Program-made: the position numbers and the translations under genes
In this document: piece by piece, positions 41,101 through 54,062 of the stretch
Layout: the number at the start of each line of letters is the position of its first letter
How positions within the stretch are numbered: position 1 is the first letter of the stretch
Source of the DNA: Patellaria atrata CBS 101060
Lineage: Eukaryota
NCBI GenBank assembly: GCA_010093705.1
Contig: MU006113.1
Location: forward strand, 119,165-183,164
Direction: 5' to 3'
Length of the DNA stretch: 64,000 bases
Notes under the pieces: generated by a model
What the model was told of the DNA's origin: nothing
Databases searched by the model: none
The model's input: only the letters and a program-made list of their open reading frames with translations

Positions 41101-44100
41101 TCAACGATGATACCATTGGTAATCCGCGCATCAATTCACCAATATCCAGATGCGTATAGTGCTGCAGATGATATACTACTAAGCTAGTGAAATAGGCCCT
41201 CACTAATAGTGCGAATTCCCCTCGGGTACGGTCGCGTCCTACCATCGTCGTTTCGGTCCAGCTTACTATGATTCATCCGCAACGTATACGGTACCAATAG
41301 CGTGATTCTGGATGCTCAAAATTGGCCCACTTATTTCTGAACTTGCTTAATTCGCGATTCGAGAACGTAATCGAGACAGAATGCTAGGAGCTGAGAACCA
41401 GTGAAGCTAAACAGCATCTAGGGAAGAGGATCCTGCGATATTGCCCCATCTTCGAAAAAAGAACGAAAGGGTTGGGGAAAAATGAACGAGCAAAAGGAAG
41501 TAACAACACAGATCTGCTCAGGGTTTCGATACCCTCGGTATATATGAGCAAAATCCAGTGAGCACCCACCTGCAAGTGATTTCCAATACGGGAGACATGA
41601 GAAACACCGCTGCAACGTCAGGACATCCAGGGATCCATATCACCGAAGTCGACAGTCTGGCCTTACGATAGAAACGGTGTGATAGTTACTTTTAGGGCTT
41701 ATCATGGATAGATATTGACGCGAGTAGACCATCTGATAGGAGATCCAGATGAATACGACAAGAACCAGGGTAACGCAAGCCGATAAATGCAAGGGGATCG
41801 GTATTGATATATGCGGACAGAATACAGACAGCTGGAATTGAATGAGCGCTGCCAGAGAGCTCGCGAAACATGGGATTCGAAAGGTCATGTTATGATGATG
41901 ACGCTGGACTTGGGTATCCTTAGGAGACAAATATCAGTTACAACGTGGAAAGATTAAAAGAAAGAGAAGGAAATTATAACCAGAAGCAATAGTTGAATAA
42001 CTTCCGTCAAATGACCGACTTTTACTAGGAATCATGTTTTGAAGGAACGATATGATTAACACCTCTGAAGATCGTGGTTCGAGAGAGGAAGAGAAGGAAG
42101 ACAATGAGCTATAACAAAATGACAGTCATGTCTAATTATGATGTTTCAGTCTACTTTAGAATGAGCGACGGCAAAACTATGATAAAAAAGAACAACGGCC
42201 TCTAGAACCGAATACCCAATCTCCCTGGACCAGGATGGGAACATCAGTTTGGTTACTAGGATCACAATTCCGGGGTGTATATTGATGGAACGTCTTTCTG
42301 GAAACCCGATCGAGGACAATCTGAACCCAGAAGACCTGACGTCTTTATTGGCCTCCCCTCCCCTATTGGGAATCTGGCGAGATACACCGGTTCGTCAGTT
42401 CGAGGCTATAATTGTCCTTCCAGAGCCGAATATACTTAGCTCTACGAAGTTGATCGAATGAGCCCATATGTTGGCGATCAGTGATATATCTAGTAGTTGT
42501 AAGGGGGCTGCCATTAGAAGAATACTCCTTTCTCGGTTATGGCTCTGATGTGGGTTTAAGCAATCTATGCATCCCGGAGCATTTTTACGTCTGTCACAGC
42601 ATATTGAACCCCCTGGAATACATTTCTCTTATGGCTATTAATCGAAGGAAATTGGCTGTTGATTCTTCTCCGACCTCTTCGGGACCCTCGCATGGTTTCG
42701 ACGAGATGATCGTAACGATGATCATACTCGTTCTGCCAATACTTTCAATGACTTGTGGCCCGGTTCGAGAATTGCAATGTTTTGGGCGAGAAGGACAGTT
42801 GCCCCTAAATACTGCGTCTCATGTTTTTATCATTTATCAGATCATGCCTTGAGACGAGGCGAGGAAGAAATGACAGCTCTTTAGTTGTAATTGACCAACC
42901 CTTCCTCAAAGTGTATGATAGGCGCGTCGATAAGATCCCCACCGGCCGACACAGCCGAGAATACGGCTTGTATATACTCCTGTTGTCTTTCTCGTGGAGC
43001 AATCGCCGTTGTGGTTGTGTAGGAGCGCTACTACGGGAGCTGCTTGCGGGCTTCTGAAAGGTCGTCATTTAGAAAGCTCATCATATGATACTGTTCTCAC
43101 TCCAGGAATGCGCGAAGACGATAGTTTGCACGCAGTTTTCGGCGGCTAAGTGAGGGATCGTGGTTGATGACGTCCGTCCTGCAGTTACTTCGGTGGTTTT
43201 CGAGGCTGAAGGGGGATACTGCAGCTCGGCTTCCGACAGCGAGTGACGCTGCTTGTGGGCTAGATTTTCAGCTCCACCCTAGCGATGAAGAGGTGGAAGA
43301 GACTGTCTCTCGTCGTAAATTCCGATTCTGATGCTCTGACGTGTTGTGGTTTGGGTCTGGACTTGCATCAGCTCGCCGGAGGAGCCCATTTGGGTTCTAT
43401 GGTCTAGCCGAGAAGAGAAAAGGTTGATGACCGAGGATCAGCTCAACACCTCGGAAAACTTGTAAAGCGGGTCAATAATGCTGCAGGACCCGAAGTACTG
43501 CCCTGCCTCCTCCGAGAGCACACAAAAGATTGGCTTTTGCGAAGACGTCGGTTTAAGATTCAGTTGGGTCAACTTTACGCACTGCAATCCGAGCTTGCTC
43601 CCTCTAGAACTAGGGAAGAAAGGGTAGCAGACCAGTAGGGGATACCTGAAGATATTCAACATGAAATCTACTTTACATATGGAAATCTGGTAACAATATT
43701 GAATTTTGGGGTTACCGTCCAATTAACAACAACTATAACATTTGGATATTGAATTACCACCAAATGCACACGAAGCTAGCCCAAGGTACGATGGCATAGC
43801 AACGCCTTGGACGGTAATTGGAACTCTGCACTTTTAGGGATTCAAGCTAACCGACAGACTTAAAAGAGCAATGTGATGGGTATGGTTTCAAACTATCATG
43901 GCTTCAGAGGAAACTGGAACATCTCATTTCATTATTGCTGATGGTTATTTTCGTACTCCAAACCCCACATTTGATTGCAGACGCTGCGAGGAATACTCAT
44001 TCTGCATTATGAGATCTTATTGAGCATGTCTCACTATAAGATTGACCGAATGTAACATTGGTTGACGTATCCGTAGAGGAAAACTGTATGACCGGTGTTG

Positions 44101-46228
44101 TCTCCGAGAGCTATCAAACTAGATCTAGTCCCCACATGGAGGTGATCGGACTCACATGTGCATGAACCCTCTATGCATGCTCACGTCTGTTGCGGAGACT
44201 TAGAAGCTACAGTACACGTGCAAAGCTAGTAGTTATCCCATGGATGTGGGAAGAACGGTTTGAGAGACGGTGATTTTCAAATTCGATAGCTGTCTGTCTA
44301 GCGTCCCTGAGAAGGACCCGGTCTCACTGTCAAAGAGATTCCACCAATTCCCCCATCCGAAGACTCTACCGTACGAAGCAGGAACAGTAGAAGTACGTAT
44401 ATTCAGAGAATACATACAGTGGATGACACCATGAATATGCCCGTCTATCCTCACTTGCGTTTTTCTGGGCTTAGTCACTCTACGCCACCGGGAGTCTTTT
44501 GATATTCGCTTGTGTAATATAGATTTCCGACTGGCTATGATAGCGTCATGTCCTGCGAGAATCAGACGATGATAACACCTCGCACTGACCTTTCTATCTG
44601 AAATGCATATGAGATGAATCTCGAAGCCCAGCGACAAAGAGACGACATACAAGCAATAATTTTTTTGACCACATCGTCCTTACCTTTAAGCGGATAAAAC
44701 GAGAAAGACAGGAATGGAAGTATTAAGCACTCAAAATAATACGATGAAGGGGTCTGGATCAGGGTTAAGGGGATATCGACTGGCCGAACTCCCGTACTGG
44801 TGACCTCTGGTTGGAGCTAAAGAGCTTGAGCAAAGGGTAGGCGTAGTCATCAGTCATATATTCTTCCTTTATATCATGACAATGAGGTTTCAATGTTCGT
44901 ATTAGAACCCATTATTTATTGACATAAATAACTTATCCTGAATGATGACGTCGGTGATTTTGGACTGGTCACACCAAATAGATTTCTAGAAAGATGTTTA
45001 TCCAGGCAATGTCTCCTATCAGTCAACAGCAAAAATACGTACTCACGGTACCTTAGGCCTTCTCTCACCGCGTTTTTGGAATCATCGCTTCCACAAGGGT
45101 GACACGGCACGTCTAGACCCTCCCGTCCCCCGGAGCCGTCCGCGGGGCGGGACAAGTTTTCTTGCTTTAAGCGGATTTTCAATGTTATCAAAATCTTGAT
45201 CTTGAAAATGCGGGATATTATCAGAACATGCTTGACTATTATCACGAGACATAACGAGATGTGTGGTTTCCTTGCTGCGAATATTCGTAGTAGCGGCGTG
45301 GTGTTTGTGGGAAAGTGGTTTCGACTTTTGTAGATTGGAAAACAAGATCTAAAGTTTCTTTTTGTTTTATACATATAAGCAGGGGAAGATGAGCTCGAGT
45401 GAATTCTTGGCTCTTGCGTCAGGGAGTGACGGTAACAGATGGTTGGACTTGAGGGTGGACCCTGAAAACTTGTCCATCTGAATCTGATCTATTACTTCCA
45501 TTACCTATTACTGGAAGCGGCAAAGTCAGCATCTCCCTTTCCCTGCAGACGAACAGATTGAAATCATCTTGAAGTCAACTATTGGATTATTCAAAGCCAT
45601 TCAAAAGTCATCCAAAAAGTCATTTCACGCACTCGGCTCACGGCTCAAGGGTCCCGTTGTTCTGTTGCACTTTTGTCAGCCGCCAAAAGGAAGCGAGAGA
45701 CGAAACGGAAGAAGCAGGACATTTTTCGACCACCCCTTTCGGGGCAGCAGTCTTGGTTGTCGGCACACGTCTACCTTAAACTACCTTTAACTCCCCTCCC
45801 TCACTAAATCCCTTCCATTTTCTCTCTCTTCTCTCTCTTCTCTCTCTCGATTTTTATCTTCTTCCTTAACTTGAGAACATCTCGCTTTACATGCTGGTTG
45901 AAGCTGAAGCCGCTTTAAGGATTTCTTCTGGACCCTGCCACTTCAAACGCCACCCTTTCTCCTTCAAAAGAATTCAGTTCTACGTCATAACGTACCACCC
46001 ACCACCCACCACCCACCAAAACCCCCAACTCAGCCCTGCAGCCTCTTCCAAAAAGACAGCCGCCCCTTTCAGTACCGTACCTTCTTATTACCCTAGCATC
46101 TCCCTACCTTCAACTATGCCATACGCCCATTAGAACTTCCTCCTAGTTATTTTCAACAAATCTCAAACTCAAATGTCTCTTCGGCTTCCAACTCTAACCT
46201 CCATACCATCGTCGTCCTGCCTTTGATC

Positions 46229-48907
46229 ATGACTACGACAACGCCAATTAACTCCCCGCACGCCTGGGATGTTACATCTCATGTGCATTCTCAGTCACAA
46301 GCTCGAACTTCCAGACCTACACCTGCTGCGCGAACAAATACTACAAGGACACCTGCATCTGTAGGCCAGCCTATGCCGCCTCCGGTCGTTAATACGCCAT
46401 ACCATTCCTTACCTCCATCTCAGGATGTCCGCACTCCCAGTCCAAATTACTTCAGTTTCGCCATAGATTCGACCAAGGATTGCTTTGCATCAAGCGCTGC
46501 CCAGCATGCGAGGGCGAACTGGAGTCCACCGTCATCTGTTGTTCGATCAACCGCGGCTTTGTCCCCACGCATCGTCCCATTAGACCAGAACCCCGAATTC
46601 GACGCTTTTAGAAAGCAAACTGCAGAGCATTCGAGATTCAAACTTGGAAAGCTTTCCACTACGGATGCGCAAAAAGCTCGTTCGAGTTCACTTGTCTCAC
46701 CAACTCGGTCAATCCCTGCTATTACGAGGAGCCAGCCAGTTGGGGAATTGGCATCGCCAAAACATGAAAACCATTCAAGAAAATCTTCCGTGGATGCTGA
46801 CAGCGTTCAGCGTCGATCACCAAAACGATTATTGTCAGCAGACTCCTCTGCATTTACCGATCGACCACGAAGAAATTCTCCCGCGAGTTTCACGGACCGC
46901 GACGTGTCAGATGGTGTAAACTCGAGACTACCGTCTGAGGATACCCATCCACGATTCTCTCTACCTCAGACCGATAAAAAAGCTTCTAATATCAGTCAGA
47001 GTCAACGCGCGGAAACCCTCCCTGCTAGCCTTGCACCATCGGGAGAGGAGATCGTCCTGGTGACTCCGCAACACGTAGTAGGCCTCATGCAATCATCGAT
47101 GGAAGAAATACTTCTATTGGACCTCCGGGTCTTCAATCAATACACCCAGTCTCATATATGCGGGGCACTGAATCTTTGTATTCCTACGACCCTGCTCAAG
47201 AGGCCTTCCTTTAACGTCCAAAAGCTTTCCGAAAACTTCAAGGATTCAGAACAACGCGAGAAATTCGGAAAATGGAGGAATAGCAAATACATCATCGTCT
47301 ATGACAATGATCTCAAACAGTTGAAAGATAAAGATGCAGCAACATGTATCAATACTCTGAAGAAATTCATCCTTGAAGGTTGGACTGGCGCATCCTACGT
47401 CATTCGTGGAGGTTTCAAAGAGTTTTCGAAGAACTTTTCATCTCTTATCACTAACGGATCAGAGGATGCATGCGCGAAAGCAACGTCTCAATTAAGGTCG
47501 GTGGGACAAGGACCAGCTGCAGCGCCAGTAATTGGTGGATGCCCAATGCCAGCTACAAAGAATGCTGCGAATCCATTCTTCGGCAATATCAGACAAAATA
47601 TGGATCTGATTGGTGGCGTTGGACAGATGCCCATCAAACGTCCAAATGGGATGTGGACTCAATTGGAGGCTGAACTACCAATTTGGCTTCGTACGGCGGC
47701 AGATGAGTCAAACAAGGGCAAAGATGTCTCAGACAAATTTCTCCGCATAGAAAAGAAAGAGCAAAAGCGTATGCAAGAGGCCCTTTCTGGATCAGTAACG
47801 TATGGTACTCCTGGTCCTCATGCCACCAAAGCTGTCCAAATAGCTGGAATCGAAAAGGGCTCGAAGAATCGATACAACAGTATCTGGCCCTATGAACATA
47901 CAAGAGTCAAAATCCAGGGTGTTGGCAAAGGTGAGTGCGACTACGTCAATGCTAGTCACATTAGCTCTCCATGGTCAAATAAGCATTACATCGCAACTCA
48001 AGGACCTTTGCCAACGACTTTTGCGGTAAGTTCCCATGGCTATATCGACAAGCACATCCCGTCGCTGACGAATCTTTAGGATTTTTGGAATGTGGTCTGG
48101 CAACAAGACGTGCGTGTTATTGTAATGCTCACAGCCGAGAAAGAGGGTGGACAGCTAAAGGCTCACAATTACTGGAAGCCGGAACAATATGGACATCTAC
48201 AACTAAACTTCTTGTCTGAGCATAGAGCTTCGTTGGAACCGGCTAGGATCCATAAACATCGTGAAAGCTCAACCGTCGGCCGTAGACGAGCAACGACGAC
48301 GGTCAGTGGGAATAGCAGCGGATCTTCACAAAAGGCTCCTTCTCCATCGGAATTGGCTTCTCCAGGCGCTGAAAAACCTTATGTTGTTGTTCGCAAGTTC
48401 ACTCTATCTGATGTCACCAAGCCATTTGAGCGTATGCGGGAAATCACACAATTGCAATATTCTAACTGGCCAGACTTTGGTGCACCTGCGCATCCGGCCC
48501 ACCTGTTAGGTTTAGTTGAGCAATGTGATTCCGTCGTGAGGTCCACGCAGCATGGAACTTCACAGGATGAACCCGAACCACCAAACAGCCGTCCCGTACT
48601 AGTACACTGTAGTGCTGGATGCGGTCGTACAGGCACATTCTGCACCGTCGACTCTGTCATCGACTCACTCAAGAGGCAACGTCTCCAGGAGAAGATTAAT
48701 AAAGGCAGCTTTATGGACATCGACAAGTCCCCGAGTGCCGGCCAAGATTCTAGCTCGATTCAGAAGGATACCGAAGATCTTATTGAGAAGACAGTGGAAG
48801 AATTCCGTCGCCAGCGTCTCAGTATGGTTCAAAGTTTGCGTCAGTTCGTGCTTTGTTACGAGAGCGTGTTAGAATGGTGGGTTGAACAACATCCAAAGAC
48901 CGCTTAA
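46229..48907 (+). CDS. pyp1: Protein tyrosine phosphatase with rhodanese (KIM) domain, Pyp1/Ptp2-type MAPK phosphatase
   Basis: Rhodanese segment LLLDLR...SHICGALNLCIPTTLLKRP. PTP motifs KNRY, DYVNAS, YIATQGP, DFWNVVWQQ, WPDFG, VHCSAGCGRT and QRLSMVQS. Intron 48026-48079. Confidence 0.93.
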
Positions 48908-49172
48908 TGGTAAAACGGTAGGTAAGATTTAAAGGTAGGAATCGGTCAAAGGATTCTATGATCATCTTCTCTCTGAATGCATCCATTGCATTGCGTAGGC
49001 GTTCATATGGAGCATAGCATATCTGAAAGTGCATAGGGTATGGGTTCAACGGAGCTACGGATCTCCACCCGGAGATGGATAACAAGGTAGCATTGCGGTG
49101 CAGTATAGAAAACTGCACGACTAGATAAACACAGTTTATAAGCAATCGTTCAATATGATACTGCTCAACACC

Positions 49173-49222
49173 GTCACGTGATCGCGGGTATCTCAACGCG
49201 ACTTGGAAATTTTCGACGCGAC
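49173..49222. promoter_or_regulatory. E-box and two MCB-like sites upstream of NSE1
   Basis: GTCACGTGAT followed by two ACGCGA within 120 bp of the NSE1 ATG. Confidence 0.4.
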
Positions 49223-49290
49223 TCTAACCTAAAGTGACCACAAATTCACACCAGAACCCCACTCACCTTTAAACCTGACTATCGCACACT

Positions 49291-50323
49291 ATGGGAGAAG
49301 TTTACGATAACAGTAATCGCGCATTTCTGCAAGCTTTCCTGGCTCGCTCCGTCCTCACTTTTGAAGATGCCAAAGTAATCCTTGCCGCGATCCTAACGGC
49401 CCACGGTAGGCTTCCCATCCCATCCCATCTCCCTCAAGAACCCTACTAAACCCAACCCTTTTCTTCCCTTCCAAAGAGGACCGTCAAACCCTCGAAAACG
49501 ACATCACGGAGGCCGATTTCAACAACTATGTCTCAGCCGCCAACACGGCCCTGTCGGCGCTCGACTTCGAAATCCGCAGCACGCTCTCCCAACACGACCG
49601 CACGCGCGTCTGGGCCCTCGTAAACACGGCTTCGGACGAGCTCACGCAGCTCGCGACGACGCACTCGGCGGACGAGATCGCGTACGTCAAACGAGTGCTG
49701 GACGCGATGTTCGAGACCAACAATACTCAGCGCGCGGAGATTTGTGCGGTCAGGGGTAACGATGCGCTCAGGCTTGCGAAGGGGAGTGCGGATAGGAGGG
49801 AGACGCAGGGCAGCTCGGGACAGGGGCTCACGATGAAAGATGCGGAGAGGGTGCTCAAGGGGATGGTGGAGGAGGGCTGGTTCGAGAGGAGTAGGGCAGG
49901 GTGGTATAGTTTGAGTCCTAGGGCGTTGATGGAGTTGAGGGGTTGGTTGGTCGAGACGTATAATGAGCCTCCCACCGAGGAGGGAGATGAGGGGGTGGAG
50001 AGGGTCAAGTTGTGTCAGGCGTGTAGGGAGATTGTTACCGTGGTGAGTGATTTTTATTTTGGGTTCAGATGGGAAGGGAAGGGATTAATGAGCAATAGGG
50101 TCAACGATGCGCCGATAATACATGTTCATTCCGATTGCACAATATTTGCACTCAGAGCTTCTTCAGAACCCTACCGGCGAAGAAATGCCCAAAGTGCGAG
50201 ACAAACTGGACCGGGCAGTCCTTTGTTGGCGAGAAGGCTGCGGGGGGTCGCGGGAGCAATGTTGGCACTTCTTCACGCAGAACTACTCGGAATGAGGATG
50301 AAGAAGATGAATCTGATGATTGA
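49291..50323 (+). CDS. NSE1: Smc5/6 complex non-SMC element 1 (RING E3 subunit)
   Basis: YDNSNRAFLQAFLAR, LDFEIRST, WALVNTASDELTQLAT, VEEGWF...YSLSPRALMELRGWL, and a RING-like C-terminus CQACREIVTVGQRC...C..RLH..C...CPKC. Two introns. Confidence 0.93.
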
Positions 50324-50767
50324 TTCTTCACGCTTCTATCCTTCTCATCTCATAAGCCAACAGGCTGCAAGTGAGCAAATATACAGCTCCCCAGTCAGCC
50401 TTGGGGGTAGCGATGACGTACCCCTGCCCGAACAGACAGCTCTACGCGATATTGTATGAGCGACAGATCAACAGCCTCAAACACGAGACGCAATCAATCC
50501 ACCAAGGCGATCACGCTTGACAAACTCGCAAAACTAGATTGAGCCATCATGGTGGGGCGGAGCCATAACTACCTAATAGACAAAGAGCAGTGCCCCTCGT
50601 GCCCCGCATGACGCTCAGGTACATATAAACCCTTAAAGGCCTCACTGACAAACAATTTCTTTCCCATTGGCAGTCCTAACCACAACTTTCAACCTTCAGA
50701 CGATCAAGAAGAAAAACAACAAACAATCGAACACTCTGAATCTCCCAACAATACAGAATCTGACGAA

Positions 50768-51182
50768 ATGGTTTTCCAAGAGTAAGTTAGAAGTACCTCA
50801 TCCTATACCACTCCATCTAGAACCCACTCCCGTCTACACGACCATACAACATCCTAAAGCTAACAACCCCCCTCCACAGCAACACCCACGTCACCTTCAC
50901 CAACTCCGCCGGCGACGACGTTGTCGGAATCGTAAAAGGACACAACGTAAGCCTCATACACGCTCTCTCCACTCTCTCTTCTTTCCTAGCGTCCTGTCCA
51001 CCACCTCTTTCATGCCGCCCCACCCCTCTTCACACACGAGTACTAACACCGTATAGGAAGGCAAATACACGATCCAGCTCCGCCACGAGATCGGCACTAC
51101 GGATACCGAGACGGTCGACGAGTCCAAGGTCAAGGAACTCAAGGTCTCGGACCCGGCGCCTTGTCCCATCGCTGGGAAATAA
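50768..51182 (+). CDS. Small 68-aa hypothetical protein, three exons (50768-50781, 50880-50946, 51057-51182)
   Basis: Both introns are canonical (GTAAGT..GCTAAC..CAG and GTAAGC..ACTAAC..TAG) and splice to one open frame: MVFQDNTHVTFTNSAGDDVVGIVKGHNEGKYTIQLRHEIGTTDTETVDESKVKELKVSDPAPCPIAGK*. Codons are strongly C/G-ending and a TATAAA lies at about 50624. Confidence 0.8.
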
Positions 51183-51539
51183 GTTGGCTTCCTTTTCGTG
51201 TCCTAAGCTAGACCGGGAACTTGGCTGAGGATTGTATGATGAATTAGATGAGAGGCCCTAAAGGTTGTATATCGAGACGAAATGAGAATATTTGAATTCA
51301 ATTGTCGTTTTTGGTTCTTGTGATGCGTGTTGTGAAGACTATATAGTTTCCACGTTACTATTCCTATACCCTTCGTGTATTCATCCACTTTGATATCAAC
51401 ACATCAGCACATCATCCACACGAAAAATTTAAAACAACATCATATTCTCTATTACATCCCCACCCGTGCCTAGTTAGTCATATGACCTATCACCATATCT
51501 GAGTCTATCTCATCTAATGATACACGATAAAGAAACCCC

Positions 51540-54062
51540 TCAAGCCTTAGCTCCATCTGCAATCTCACCAGTCTTCTCAGGCACAATCTCACCCGTCTTC
51601 TCAGGCACATCACCATCCACTACACCACCCTCACCAAACCCAGGAATCAGATCCTCCCCTTTATCACTCTGTACCACTTTCACCATGCTCTGTGTCTCTG
51701 GAATCTTCAAATCAGCCACCTTGAACCCGAACACCGGCATCGGAGGCGGCGTGAACGGCTGCACGGCCGGGACCGCATGTCTCGACGCATAGATGCCGGT
51801 GCGGGGAACCTCACCCGCAGCCTTAGGCACAGACGCAGTCTTCGCCTTCTCCGCGTCCTTGCGGGCAAAGTAAGCGCCGGTACCGCGCTTATGTGGGTCT
51901 TCAGGGATGTCACCAGGCACAGTACGCGTATGCTTCCTAGCCCTGATTTCCGGGTTCGTCAAAGACTCCAGCGAGGGCGGTTTAAGCGGGACGCCGCCGT
52001 CTCCATCGGGCAGTTCCCAGACCTCCTTCTCATCCTGACAGATTTCCATGGCCTGGAACACTTTTTCCTTCATGCGCTTCATTTCCTGTTCGCGTAGTCT
52101 CTCGTTGTCTTTCGCTTTCGCTTCTCCGGCTCTGGCTTCTGCGGACCGGACGCTGAGGGCAACGAGCGCTTGGAGCGTGTACCGTGCATCGTTTCCGGCA
52201 TTGTGGAGGTGCCAGCCGGGGATGTCGAGGTCGAGGAGCACGGTGCCTAGTGAGCGGGGGTGCATATCGCGTGTCCAGGCGCGGTAGATGGAGGCGGTGT
52301 CGAGGACCTCGAGGAGGGAGGCGTTGAGGAGGTTGTAGCCGGCTTGGGAGAGGTATTTGATGTCCTGCTTTGCGTCGTGCCCGACGAGGATGAGCGTGCG
52401 GGGCTTTTCGAAGAGTGGTGTTTCCGGGTTGAGGGAGATGTTGGAAAGGTTATAGGTCGGGAGAATGGTATTTGATGGCTTCTCTTCGTCGAGTTTGACA
52501 CCGTCTTTTGATTCGGCCTTTTCATTTTCCGTTTCCTCGGACTTGTCAACTTTGGAATAAGGTGGGCGGAAGCAAGCGGCAATTTCTTTAGGAGCGTCGT
52601 GAAGGCTGATGAATTCGGATGTGCCAAATTCGAAGCGGTCGGGACAGCCGATAATGAAGTTCTTGTTCACGAGGTTGGCATACTCCTTGATGCGGAAGTG
52701 GCGGTTGCGGAACTTTTCGAGCCAATTCTCGCCTTGTTTTCCTGGAGGGATATTGATAATGTCGCGGGTATCCAGGGTTGACACTCCGATTTCAGTGATT
52801 AGGTTATGGTTGTGTTCGTAAGCTTCCACATCAACAGAGATGAAGACGACGTCGCTTTCGAAGGGCCAAGGAGCCGGCAAGTTTGGATCGATGGGTGGAA
52901 TAGATTCGGCGCCCTTGGCCTCTTCAGCGTTCATCACTTTGTCTGTGCTGTTGGGGACTGAAAGTAATTAGTACTCTAGAACAAATTGCGGTAGCCGGAG
53001 ACTTACAAGTCTTCGGACGAAGACCAAGATAACGTTCCGCACGTCTAAGCTGGTTTAGCATGACTTGATTCAATGCTGCTCGCTCGGCCTTCTTCTTTGC
53101 TTTATCAGCCTTACTTCTCTTGTTACTGAGATCGGTAGCCGCATCCATCAGGGTCCTGAACGTCTCAGTGATACGGTAGTTGGGAGAACACAGCTCCTTT
53201 TCGTCAATCATCTTGAATGCCTTTCCTGGAACGACCTCGGTGAGGCTGTTGTACTTGTCTCTATGAGTAGAACGTCCGAGAAATCTTGGTACGAACGGGT
53301 GTGGTATTTCGAGGACGAGACCTATATCTTTATAATAGGGATCATCAATTCTAAGGTCAAGATGCTTAAACACGGAGTTGATTTCTTTCAGTAAAGCAAA
53401 GAATTGTTCGAGAGGTACGAGAAAAAGTGGTTTCTCAGAGATGTTAGTGGGTGGATAGATATAGAAGCTGTAGTATTGTCAGCGCACCTAATTCTATTCT
53501 TCATCTTCTGCCATAGGAGCAACTTGTCGACACAAGAAACATTCACTCACATGTCCCACTGTCTGACCCAGAATTTACCGGCATTGAAGAACTTACCCGC
53601 CACAAGCTCAGAGTCTGCTTGACCAATGAACTTATACGGAAAGCGGCTGAGAGCAATGACTGGGCAGTAAGACTGTCCGTAAGGTCCTCGTTCGCCCCTT
53701 TGTAAACCGGTCTTTGGGAAAGTTGTGGTAGGAGGAGCAGGGCCGATAGGAGTAGTAGATATACGCCTCACACCGGCCTCCTTGGGGTCGGGTGCCGCTG
53801 CATACCCTTGGGTGACCCTCCCTCCTGCAGTTCTAATCGGAAGTTTATGCATATGGGACCCTGGTGACTCATTGATGATTCCATCATCATTATGACCCTG
53901 GCTGTTGTCCGTTCCCCAGCCAGAAAGAATTTGAGTGTCCGGAGCCACGGCATCATCTTTCGTCTCATTCGATTCAGGCTCTGGACTGGGGCGTTTTAAG
54001 GGAAGTTTTTCGGCCCAAGGCCGTTGGATCTCCAGGAGACGCGCGAGTCTTGGATGGGTCAT
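51540..54062 (-). CDS. qip: QDE-2-interacting protein (QIP)/Gfd2-like DEDDh 3'-5' exonuclease
   Basis: Exonuclease motifs FISVDVEAYE, ILVGHD...DIKYL, LDTA and HNAGNDARYT, with N-terminal YCPVIALSRFPYKF...GKFW..WD as in QIP-like proteins. Two introns at about 53549-53468 and 53006-52958. The start codon is uncertain. Confidence 0.8.
51560..51607. repeat. 24-bp coding tandem duplication at the QIP-like C-terminus
   Basis: CAATCTCACCAGTCTTCTCAGGCA / CAATCTCACCCGTCTTCTCAGGCA, encoding VPEKTGEI twice. Confidence 0.8.
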
